A stretch of DNA of 64,000 nt, from the IMG/VR virus record IMGVR_UViG_2654588123_000001, positions 8,932 to 72,931 of that record; one strand, 5' to 3'. Shown here piece by piece: positions 27,986-36,423 of this stretch (position 1 is the stretch's first letter; each line of letters opens with the position of its first letter). Below the pieces are notes generated by a model. It saw nothing but the letters and a program-made list of their open reading frames with translations. It had not been told where the DNA came from and ran no database searches. The stretch is from a virus (lineage: Duplodnaviria; Caudoviricetes). The translations under genes were made by a program, and so were the position numbers.

Positions 27986-29213
27986 CCTTAACCTCCAATT
28001 CGTCATACCGGTAGGTCAAGCCATCCCGGACGACTTCTACATTTTCGGAACTGCCCACCTGCTCGATGTACCGTTTCACTATCACATCGCAGAATTTTTC
28101 GTCCAGCTCTATGGTGTAGCAAATCCGGTCGGTCTGCTCACAGGCAATGAGCGTAGAACCGCTGCCACCGAACGGATCCAAGACATTAAAGTTGGACATG
28201 CTGGAATTCAGGATCGGATACGCCAACAGCGGCACCGGCTTCATGGTCGGATGATCCGCATTCTTCTTCGGTTTGTCAAACTCCCAAATTGTTGATTCTT
28301 TTCGTCCTGTGTACCATTCATGTTTGCCGGTTTTCTTCCAGCCGAACAGGATGGGTTCGTGCTTCCACTGATACGGAGACCTGCCCAAAACGAGGCTTTG
28401 CTTGACCCAGATGCAGGTTCCGGACAAATAAAAACCCGCATCGCTAAAAGCTTTGCGGAAGTTGAGTCCCTCTGTATCTGCGTGGAACACATAGATGCTG
28501 GCATTGTCCGTCATCACCTGTTCCATATTTGTAAAGGCCGCCAACAGGAACTGATAAAAGTCATCGTTGTTCATGTTGTCGTTCTTGATTTTTCCGGCGG
28601 TGCCTTCGTAGTTGACGTTGTACGGAGGGTCGGTCACCACCAGGTTCGCCCTGTGACCACACATCAATGCGTCATAAGATTTCTCGTCCGTGCTGTCCCC
28701 GCAGTACAGCCGGTGCCGGCCTAATTTCCACAGGTCGCCACGCCGGGTCATGCAGGGTTTCTTCAGTTCTGCGTCAACATCAAAATCATCATCCTTGACG
28801 CCATTTTTTATATCGTCTTTAAACAGATCATCCAATTCCGCTGCCTCAAAGCCGGTAAGCGACACATCAAAGTCCGCTGCCTGCAAATCGTAAATCAGTG
28901 CCTGCAACTTTCCTTTGTCCCAATCGCCGCTGATTTTGTTCAACGCTACGTTGAGCGCCTTTTCCTTTTCCGGTGGGAAGTCCACTACTACACAGTCCAA
29001 TTCAGTAATGCCCAAGTCGCGCAGCACTTTCCAGCGTTGGTGGCCTCCAACGATGTTCCCTGTCTGTTTGTTCCAAATCACCGGCTCCACGTAACCGAAT
29101 TCCTGAATACTGCGTTTCAGCTTTTCATACTCCGGGTCACCCGGCTGCAAGTCCTTCCTTGGGTTATAGTCCGCCGGGATAAGCTCGTCCAGCTTTTTTG
29201 TGATGATTTCCAT
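27954..29213 (-). CDS. ParB-like domain + amino (N6A/N4C) DNA methyltransferase
   Basis: YNPRKDL...GYVEPVI...VGGHQR (ParB); TDPPYN; DPFGGSGST. Confidence 0.92.
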   Translation of the reverse strand: MEIITKKLDELIPADYNPRKDLQPGDPEYEKLKRSIQEFGYVEPVIWNKQTGNIVGGHQRWKVLRDLGITELDCVVVDFPPEKEKALNVALNKISGDWDKGKLQALIYDLQAADFDVSLTGFEAAELDDLFKDDIKNGVKDDDFDVDAELKKPCMTRRGDLWKLGRHRLYCGDSTDEKSYDALMCGHRANLVVTDPPYNVNYEGTAGKIKNDNMNNDDFYQFLLAAFTNMEQVMTDNASIYVFHADTEGLNFRKAFSDAGFYLSGTCIWVKQSLVLGRSPYQWKHEPILFGWKKTGKHEWYTGRKESTIWEFDKPKKNADHPTMKPVPLLAYPILNSSMSNFNVLDPFGGSGSTLIACEQTDRICYTIELDEKFCDVIVKRYIEQVGSSENVEVVRDGLTYRYDELEVKDGNTDAGESV

Positions 29214-29249
29214 CCTGCCTCCTTCTCGGCAGGAGTGGTCACCCGCCGA

Positions 29250-29642
29250 CTAATATGTAATAGTTTTAATTCGCAATCCGTACTTTTCCGCAAGCCGAAC
29301 CATCGATGCCGTTCCCCGGCTTTTCCCGTCCCAGAATGCAACGAGCATCCCGTCACGTTCTGTGGCATATTCCGCCATCTTCCGGTTGCGGATAGGCCCC
29401 GCGGCCTTCCCGTATGCCAACCAGTCAGCCGGAAACCGTTTCACCGGAATCCCATGCTCCGTTGCGTAATGTTCGCCCAGGGCATCCGCCCCACGGCAGC
29501 ATCCCGATACGATTTGCACTTCGGAAAATGTGTATTTTTCCAGAACCGCGTCCAGGGTTTGCGACAGGAGTGCATAGTCTGTGAAATCCCGTCCTCCCGC
29601 CACGATGATCCTGACCTGTTTACCAAATAATGTAGTAGTCAT
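29250..29642 (-). CDS. SLOG/YspA-family protein (DUF2493-like)
   Basis: IIVAGGRDF.DY, IVSGCCRGADALG, AAGPIRNRKM, AFWDGKSRGT. Confidence 0.85.
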   Translation of the reverse strand: MTTTLFGKQVRIIVAGGRDFTDYALLSQTLDAVLEKYTFSEVQIVSGCCRGADALGEHYATEHGIPVKRFPADWLAYGKAAGPIRNRKMAEYATERDGMLVAFWDGKSRGTASMVRLAEKYGLRIKTITY

Positions 29643-29727
29643 GTGTATGCCCTCCTTTTCCGGGTCAGACACATATTCCCGTACTATCCGGTAAATAGCA
29701 AGTCAGTTTTCAAGTATACTTTCTGTG

Positions 29728-30621
29728 TCACTGGTTCCGTATGGCTACCACAACAAGCACCGTGTGGCCTTTCTCGAGCAAAAGCTGCCGCGTCTCCCGG
29801 ATGGTGATGCCTGTCGTGATGATGTCATCAAACAGGATGACGTTCGGTTCCACGGGGTCGCGGTTCAGGATGAACTCCGGCTCGATGCGGCTCCGGTTCT
29901 TTGTCAGTACCACATCCTCATAAAACTGGATGCCCAGTTCCTCTTCCGCCAACTTGCATATCTCGGTAGCGAAGTGGAAACCCGTCTGGTGCCGTCTCCG
30001 TGGGGTTGTACATAAACACCAGCGATTTCGGGCAAGGTTGTCACCCAGGCTGCGTTCCAGGTAGTCCGCAAGGTTGAAGGCGAACGGCCGTACCGCACTC
30101 GGGTCAGCCTTGATCTCTTCCAGCGGCCTGCCTTTCTTCCCCGTCGCGAAAAACGTGGTATAAAAAAAGCCGGCCTTTTCCCGCGTCACTATGTGCTGTT
30201 TCATGTCGCACAGCTTTGCGGAAACTTTCCAGCTTTCCCGTTTCGTGTATTCATTTGGATTTTCGAAGCCGAATTGGCTCATATCAAGACTGATGTCATC
30301 CAGTTCTGCCGCCAACAGGTCGTTCAGCCACAGGGAATCTTCCCCGGCTTTGTTGTCTGCCAGCCGATACGCCTTCGCCTGTTCCGGCGTCAGGTTCCTT
30401 GCGTAGATGACCGGGACTGTCGGAAGCCCCAGCTTCTTTGCCGCCCGATAACGGGTGTGGCCGGCAAGGATGATGCCGTGGTCGTCACAGACGATAGGCT
30501 GGAGGAAACCGAACTCCCGGATACTCTCCGCCACCTTATCCACCGATTTGGTGTTGTCCCTGGGATTGTTCCCATACGGATATATCGTCCCTATTGGCAC
30601 CTGTTGCATCTGCTGTGCCAT
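29728..30621 (-). CDS. ParB-like domain fused to a phosphoribosyltransferase-like domain
   Basis: N-terminal PYGNNPR..SIREFGFLQPIV..ILAGHTR; C-terminal VILFDDIITTGIT (PRPP-binding loop). Confidence 0.8.
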   Translation of the reverse strand: MAQQMQQVPIGTIYPYGNNPRDNTKSVDKVAESIREFGFLQPIVCDDHGIILAGHTRYRAAKKLGLPTVPVIYARNLTPEQAKAYRLADNKAGEDSLWLNDLLAAELDDISLDMSQFGFENPNEYTKRESWKVSAKLCDMKQHIVTREKAGFFYTTFFATGKKGRPLEEIKADPSAVRPFAFNLADYLERSLGDNLARNRWCLCTTPRRRHQTGFHFATEICKLAEEELGIQFYEDVVLTKNRSRIEPEFILNRDPVEPNVILFDDIITTGITIRETRQLLLEKGHTVLVVVAIRNQ

Positions 30622-30782
30622 GTGTGTACCTCTCTTTGTTCTTTTCGAAGCAGCCGCTGCAGCCCTTTTTCCGCTTCAGCCACATTGCCTTTGACGGCCT
30701 GCCCTTTCAAAGTTCTGTACTGTTGTGGCGTCAGATATTTTTTGCACAGCTTCAGCTGATGCATAAACTCATACACGTTCAT
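30591..30782 (-). CDS. Small hypothetical phage protein
   Basis: MNVYEFMHQLK...LTPQQYRTLKGQAVKGNV; ATGA overlap with terS. Confidence 0.65.
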   Translation of the reverse strand: MNVYEFMHQLKLCKKYLTPQQYRTLKGQAVKGNVAEAEKGLQRLLRKEQREVHTWHSRCNRCQ

Positions 30783-31336
30783 CCCATACGCCCCTTCCTG
30801 GCCATCAGCAGTTTTTCCATCAAATCGTCCTGTGGACTTTCCCCGCCATACTCGCTGGCGCAGTTCTCTTTCACGATTTGGAATATCTCCATCCAAATCC
30901 GGTTCGCCTGGGATTTGTAGTCCTCCCCCATGGCCACGAACGGGCTTCTCTGCGCCTTGCCCGTTGTGGGATGCTTCGCAAGGTGACCAAATTCCGTCAC
31001 CGCTGCCTCACACTGCATCCACCGGGCATAACTCATGGAATACATTTCTAAAAGCTGCTTTGAAATTAAAGAGGAGCAACCCCTTTCATGGAGCCACTCC
31101 CACGCTTCTTTATATATTTCATCCGCCTGCAGCGGTTTTCCGTCTTTTTGTACCGCCGACAACATTTCGGAAGGCTTCGGCATCTCCTGCCCTTCCAGCT
31201 CGGCTGCGTTATCAAAATTTATGACCGTGATGGTGCGTTTACCAGGGTTGCCTTCCATAATCTTGTCCGCCAGCGGCTTTTTCTTCGCCCCGGCACCTGG
31301 CCTGGCACCTCCACGGTTCGTTCCGTCCTTCGCCAA
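30779..31336 (-). CDS. Terminase small subunit (P27-like)
   Basis: MAKDGTNRGGARPGAG.KKKP...GNPG; lies between HNH and terL. Confidence 0.88.
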   Translation of the reverse strand: MAKDGTNRGGARPGAGAKKKPLADKIMEGNPGKRTITVINFDNAAELEGQEMPKPSEMLSAVQKDGKPLQADEIYKEAWEWLHERGCSSLISKQLLEMYSMSYARWMQCEAAVTEFGHLAKHPTTGKAQRSPFVAMGEDYKSQANRIWMEIFQIVKENCASEYGGESPQDDLMEKLLMARKGRMG

Positions 31337-31364
31337 ATTTCATCAACTCCTGTTCCTGGGACCT

Positions 31365-31455
31365 ATTACCCTGTTTGATTCTGCGTTTTTGTTTACGCGA
31401 CCCCCCGCCCGGTCTGATTTCCAGCCTCCCTTGAGGTCAGGAACCCCCCTGGGGT
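31365..31455 (-). other. Candidate cos/packaging initiation site
   Basis: G-rich ACCGGGCGGGGGGTCGCG...AAAACGCAGAATCAAACAGGG between HNH and terS, the usual location in HNH/HK97-type phages (inference). Confidence 0.5.
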
Positions 31456-31459
31456 GCGT

Positions 31460-31840
31460 TTAAATGCCCGAGCATTTGCCCCGGTACTTACGGAACCTGT
31501 CTCCCATCTCCACGCTTATCCTGGAGTGGCAGGGTTTGCACAGCGCCATAAGGTTCTCCTCGTCGTTCGTACCACCGTGACCCAGGGGAAGGATGTGGTG
31601 GACCTCCGTCGCCACGGTCAGCCTGCCTTCCTTCCTGCACTGCTCACACAGAGGGTGTGCGGCAAGGAACCTGGCACGGATCTTCTGCCATGCGCTGCCG
31701 TACCTCCTCTTCGCCACAGGGTCACGGCCATACTTCTCGTAGCGCCTGCTCTCCAGCTTCCTGTGCTCCTCGCAGTACCGTTCATCCGTCAGTCGCGGGC
31801 AGCCTGGGTACCGGCACGGGTGCTTCGGCTTCCTCGGCAT
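31460..31840 (-). CDS. HNH endonuclease (packaging-associated)
   Basis: PCRYPGCP, PLCEQC...EVHHILPL..GGTND..NL.ALC..CH. Confidence 0.92.
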   Translation of the reverse strand: MPRKPKHPCRYPGCPRLTDERYCEEHRKLESRRYEKYGRDPVAKRRYGSAWQKIRARFLAAHPLCEQCRKEGRLTVATEVHHILPLGHGGTNDEENLMALCKPCHSRISVEMGDRFRKYRGKCSGI

Positions 31841-32059
31841 CCCCATCACCTCCGGGCATAGAAAAAGCCCACGGAAGATTCGCTCTCCCGCGGGCCGCTC
31901 CATATTCTCATACTTTTGTCATTATAATTATATCACAAACCCTGTGTGCAAATCTCTGCAAAAAGGTGAAAGGTTTCATTTTTTTCTAAAACTCATCACC
32001 ATTTTGCACCTTTTTGCACACTGCGAAACATGGTCTGTTTCCCATCACCAACTGTGCCA

Positions 32060-32295
32060 GGAACTGTCAGAAGCAAAAGTGCTTCAAACCCAGTAACCAC
32101 GGGCTTATGTCATACTTTGACAGTGCTATCCTTAACTTTTACTATAGGGATTTTTTATTTTTCCCCTATAAAAGTTATATATAAGAGTGTCAGACAGTGA
32201 CATAAGTAGTGCCAAACCCTAGATGGTTACTGGCTTTGACACAGTTTCATAAATTGATTCGTGCGACATATTATGACAGTCTATGCTGTCATACT
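32060..32295. repeat. Ori-like region: clustered TGACA/TGTCA pentamers and an inverted repeat around an AT-rich core
   Basis: At least 8 TGACA/TGTCA in about 230 bp; CCAGTAACC (32090-32098) and GGTTACTGG (32225-32233). Confidence 0.45.
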
Positions 32296-32335
32296 TAAAT
32301 ATAGTGTTTTAGCCTGCCTGTTTCTTGTAGCAACA

Positions 32336-32368
32336 AAAAACGCCCGCCTCGTTTCCGGAGCGGGCATC
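32336..32368 (-). terminator. Intrinsic terminator of the cargo operon
   Basis: ATGCCCGCTCCGGAAACGAGGCGGGCGTTTTTT. Confidence 0.75.
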
Positions 32369-32430
32369 TTGTCACCTATTATTTTTTCGCTTTCCTCGCG
32401 GCTTTCTTTGTGAATTACTCTTGTGTTATA

Positions 32431-32589
32431 TCACCTGAATAAGAAGGTCATATTTAACCGCAAAGGTTTGAATGTATTTAAGAAAAGACTCCCCACACTA
32501 GAAAGGAACATTAAACACCAAACTCTCAGGCAAATCACCAACAAAATCTTACACAACATCCACAAATTATGGAAAATCCTGTCCAACAT
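32431..32589 (-). CDS. Small hydrophobic (membrane) protein, 52 aa; not in the ORF track
   Basis: MLDRIFHNLWMLCKILLVICLRVWCLMFLSSVGSLFLNTFKPLRLNMTFLFR; AAGGAG 7 nt upstream. Confidence 0.5.
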   Translation of the reverse strand: MLDRIFHNLWMLCKILLVICLRVWCLMFLSSVGSLFLNTFKPLRLNMTFLFR

Positions 32590-32600
32590 TTTGATTCTCC

Positions 32601-33209
32601 TTACACGCTTTTAAATGTATCAAAAAATTTATTGTTTTCTTCCATCATCTGCCTGTATTCGGTTATCAAATTATAGAAGGTAGCCCGTTTCAGTCCTGTT
32701 TTTTCCAAGAAATCCTTGGATGCTATCTTTCCATTTTCCCACTGTTCATATAACTCTGCCCAGTTTTCGGGGAACTCTATGCGGCTTCTCCCCGCGTTTG
32801 ATTTCCTGTTTTCAGGCATCTTCACAATCCGTTTCCCAGCCTGCGCCAGGATCGATTGCTGTATCGTCTGCAGGATTGCCTGATTTAACGGTTCTGATAC
32901 ACCCCATATGTATGTCGTCTTAAAATCATATATGAGCAGGATACGGGGCTTCTTTATAAACCAATCCAACTGCGTGACAACCTCGGCTTCATTCAGACCT
33001 AACGACGCGGGATTGGTTATGATGCACACATCATCTTCCTGCAGCATGTCCTTCAACTTTTCCAACTCTGCAAAACTCCGCCGTGGCTCACGACTGATAT
33101 AAATCTCGCGATGCTTATAAAACACGCCTATGCTCTGCAACACATACTGCAGTTCTTCTATCCTGTCTTCCTGTTTCGCGTAAAGATATATATTTCCTAT
33201 CCTGTTCAT
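32601..33209 (-). CDS. Degenerate resolvase-like protein with C-terminal HTH
   Basis: Resolvase-like layout (ELEKLKDMLQEDDVCIIT...SLG; GRSRIEFPENW...GLKRATFYNLI) but no YxRVS catalytic motif. Confidence 0.6.
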   Translation of the reverse strand: MNRIGNIYLYAKQEDRIEELQYVLQSIGVFYKHREIYISREPRRSFAELEKLKDMLQEDDVCIITNPASLGLNEAEVVTQLDWFIKKPRILLIYDFKTTYIWGVSEPLNQAILQTIQQSILAQAGKRIVKMPENRKSNAGRSRIEFPENWAELYEQWENGKIASKDFLEKTGLKRATFYNLITEYRQMMEENNKFFDTFKSV

Positions 33210-33222
33210 CAAATCACCACCT

Positions 33223-36200
33223 TTATGAAAGCAGGTTCTTGATTTTGGCACGCAAGCCCGTATCAAACTTAAAGCCTAAAAAATACTCCAGTTCCATACG
33301 GTCAAACCGTATCTTTGCACAATTCGTATCCGGTATTATGGTCGCACAAAGCTCGTTGGGAAGGGAATTTGCCCACTTCGTGCACAGTTTTTCACCTATG
33401 TTTTTATCCAGACAAATTATAACAAATTTTTCCTCAACCTTAAACATCTTTCTATTAGACCGATAAAGATCCTTTATTTCGTCCAATGCCTCTTCATAAG
33501 TAGGACGCGAATTATCACCATAATCCTCATCCCATGATAACACCTTCATATATTTTGGAACTTCATACCCATACTGACGAATAATATCCAAAATAATTTC
33601 CGAAGACCGTTTCATCAGTTCCGGAGAATATGTATCAGACAAATCTTTGCTTGTGTCAATCTTATCTAGTTCGTCAATCACATAAGGAAGCATCATAGAC
33701 AGATATTTCCGATAAAACGCGTTTCCCATCCTATGAATGATATGACCGCCTAATGTCTCATATTCCCTGCGAATCTGTTTACTGGGGAACTTAATATTAT
33801 AAGTCAGGAAAATCATCCGTTTACGGAGTTCTTTTTTAGGAGACGGATTATCATTACTGGCAAAGATAACCAACGGCTGGTTTTCGCGCATATGTTCTTC
33901 GCAACTTTGCGGGGACTTAATCATTTTACCAAATGAACTGACAAAATATTTATCTACTTCGTCAACAAAAATAGGAATACATTGATGAGACTCCTGGTAA
34001 GCAGCTAAATGGTCTCCTTTTGATACCGTTTTAGTACCCAATTGCTCATATTTATATCCGTTAACTTCTTTTCCCGTCATCATCTTTAATCCCAGTCTTA
34101 CCATAAATGTTTTCCCGCCGTCAGCTTTTGAATTTAAAAGCATGTACAGCGGAAGGGCTGATAATCCTTCAATTTTCTTGACTTTAGCCCTGCAACGGAA
34201 TATGGCATTAAAAACAGAAGAAAACATGGCGTTCAATAGTTTAAAATGATTGTGCTGTGCCGGCAAGATATTTCTAACCGGAACAAAACTCTTATAGTTT
34301 TCAAATGCCCCCAGCAAAAGCGATATATCCGTTTTCACTTCGTCATCAGAAGGGGACAAGTCTAATTCCTCATTACCAATGAAAACTTTATGAGCGCCGT
34401 AATCTATATTCATTCGGGGATAACCTTCAGATATCTGTTCCACTGTAACTTTTTTCAAACGGCACGTTTCTTCATTTACAAGAATTTTGTTTATCGTTTT
34501 AGCCGTAATTACTACATAGCCGTCTTTATTTTCCTTTAGCCTGGTGTTCTTTAAACATTCCTTGTACAGCGGTTCAAACTCTTCCATATCCTTATTGTAA
34601 TTTACAATAGTTAACTTTGTTTCTGGATTATCAACTTTTTGAACAACAATCGCAGTATCCACATATTTCGTTGCCTCTTCAATAATGGGATTCTCTTTAA
34701 GAGAAACTGGATCATTTTCATTCATAACCGCAGTATCTTCCTGTACGTTGGCATCTAAAACCACAGAAGAAGATAAGCTCTGTATTGTCTTAAAATCCTG
34801 TAAAACCATCTCATAAAATTCGTTATCGTCACAGAACGGATAATCTTCAATATGATGGTTCACATTCCATGCCGAGCCGGACAAATTAGCAGAAGGAAAA
34901 ATAACGCGGGTGCGACCATCATCTGCTTTCAATAAATAAATCTTCCTGTGGTCACACAGAAATTTAGGACATTTAATGTTTACCTCGCCTTCGATAACAC
35001 GTTTCGCAAATTCCTGATTATTACAAGCCAGTCGTTTCACGTTATGAGCGGACGCCAATATATATGCCATTTGTTCTGTAAGGGATTTATTAATCTTTTC
35101 ACTCAAAAATTCGGCACCGACCACGATATCCACAGTTTTAAATTTACTGCTCAATCTGGCTGCAAAGTTAAAATCAAACGAAAATGTAATTACCTTCAAA
35201 TCTGTGTATTCGCCTTCAAATAGATCCAAAGGATCTTGAAACAGCATCTCTTTAAAGTTCATGGAATAACATCTTGCCTTAAATCTATCTGTTCCTGCGC
35301 ACACAAATAAAATTTTCTCACACGTAAACGTGTGCGGAAATTTTTCTTTTATTACTTCAGCAACCTCAGTCAGATTTTTACAATTTTCAAACTCAACAAC
35401 TTCCGTAAGATGAATATCCTTATTGTAATCCGTGACCACGAAGTCTGTATCCTGGTTAGAAATATTTGGTAACGCATTCCAGTTCCAAACCCCAATCGCA
35501 GAATCAACATCTGGACCGTTCTTCCAGAACAAGCTTTTACGGTTTTCGAAGTATTTAGGTTTATTAGGGTCAAACATAAAAATCCTGATTTCCCCATTAA
35601 CTATATCAGCAATGCGATTAATCCATCTTTTTTCAGCAAAATGGTCTTGTTTCACCTGCCCAATAGATATATGCTGAAATTTGTTTTCGACAATATTTTC
35701 TTCATCGTCAGCGTAATTCGCCAAATCTCTATAGTGGTCTAACTCGGACTGTATTGCTGTAATGTTTTTGTCTTTACTTTCTAATTCTGCTTGTAATTGA
35801 ACAATCTCATCATTAGTTGCATTATATTTTGTTTCTACAGCAGTCAAGGTTTGTTCTTTTTCTCTAATGACTTCTTCTAATTCATTTATTCTATTATTTG
35901 CCTTAACTAATTCCTCCTTAATTTCACTAATAGCGTTAGTTGTATTCGAAAACTTCACTTTTGGCTGTATCAAAAGCACGTCTTTAAAAAGTTTAATATA
36001 ATCCTTGCTCCTAGTATCATTGGTAAGTTTAAAATACAAATCTACATTCTCGTTAAAAACACTTATCGGAATTGTTTTTAAAAGGGCTTCGTTTTTTGAC
36101 AACCCTTCATCTTCAAGTTTTTTACTATATACATTAATCTCTCTTAACCATTTCCGAACCACCTCTGTCATAAAACGATTGATGAAAGGTTTTTCTATGT

Positions 36201-36375
36201 TATTTATTACTAGTGTAATCGTATCCTTATCCGATAACTTTGCAGCACGGAATCCTGGTCGTATATGAGCAAACTCTTTAGAGTTTTGTTCAAAACATTT
36301 ACGTATCTCAGAAAGATCTATTTGCTTGCATAAATATTTGATTTCCTCTTTTGTTAAACTAGTAAGTACTATCAT
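33223..36375 (-). CDS. 1050-aa protein: coiled coil + PLD-like (HxK...SAN) domain + P-loop ATPase
   Basis: DHRKIYLL...FPSANLSG; SKADGGKTF; IFVDEVD; helical segment at about aa 150-215; low GC. Confidence 0.7.
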   Translation of the reverse strand: MIVLTSLTKEEIKYLCKQIDLSEIRKCFEQNSKEFAHIRPGFRAAKLSDKDTITLVINNIEKPFINRFMTEVVRKWLREINVYSKKLEDEGLSKNEALLKTIPISVFNENVDLYFKLTNDTRSKDYIKLFKDVLLIQPKVKFSNTTNAISEIKEELVKANNRINELEEVIREKEQTLTAVETKYNATNDEIVQLQAELESKDKNITAIQSELDHYRDLANYADDEENIVENKFQHISIGQVKQDHFAEKRWINRIADIVNGEIRIFMFDPNKPKYFENRKSLFWKNGPDVDSAIGVWNWNALPNISNQDTDFVVTDYNKDIHLTEVVEFENCKNLTEVAEVIKEKFPHTFTCEKILFVCAGTDRFKARCYSMNFKEMLFQDPLDLFEGEYTDLKVITFSFDFNFAARLSSKFKTVDIVVGAEFLSEKINKSLTEQMAYILASAHNVKRLACNNQEFAKRVIEGEVNIKCPKFLCDHRKIYLLKADDGRTRVIFPSANLSGSAWNVNHHIEDYPFCDDNEFYEMVLQDFKTIQSLSSSVVLDANVQEDTAVMNENDPVSLKENPIIEEATKYVDTAIVVQKVDNPETKLTIVNYNKDMEEFEPLYKECLKNTRLKENKDGYVVITAKTINKILVNEETCRLKKVTVEQISEGYPRMNIDYGAHKVFIGNEELDLSPSDDEVKTDISLLLGAFENYKSFVPVRNILPAQHNHFKLLNAMFSSVFNAIFRCRAKVKKIEGLSALPLYMLLNSKADGGKTFMVRLGLKMMTGKEVNGYKYEQLGTKTVSKGDHLAAYQESHQCIPIFVDEVDKYFVSSFGKMIKSPQSCEEHMRENQPLVIFASNDNPSPKKELRKRMIFLTYNIKFPSKQIRREYETLGGHIIHRMGNAFYRKYLSMMLPYVIDELDKIDTSKDLSDTYSPELMKRSSEIILDIIRQYGYEVPKYMKVLSWDEDYGDNSRPTYEEALDEIKDLYRSNRKMFKVEEKFVIICLDKNIGEKLCTKWANSLPNELCATIIPDTNCAKIRFDRMELEYFLGFKFDTGLRAKIKNLLS

Positions 36376-36423
36376 TTATTAAACCCCTTTCGATTCATTT
36401 TTAGAAAAGAAAAAAAGTAAAAC

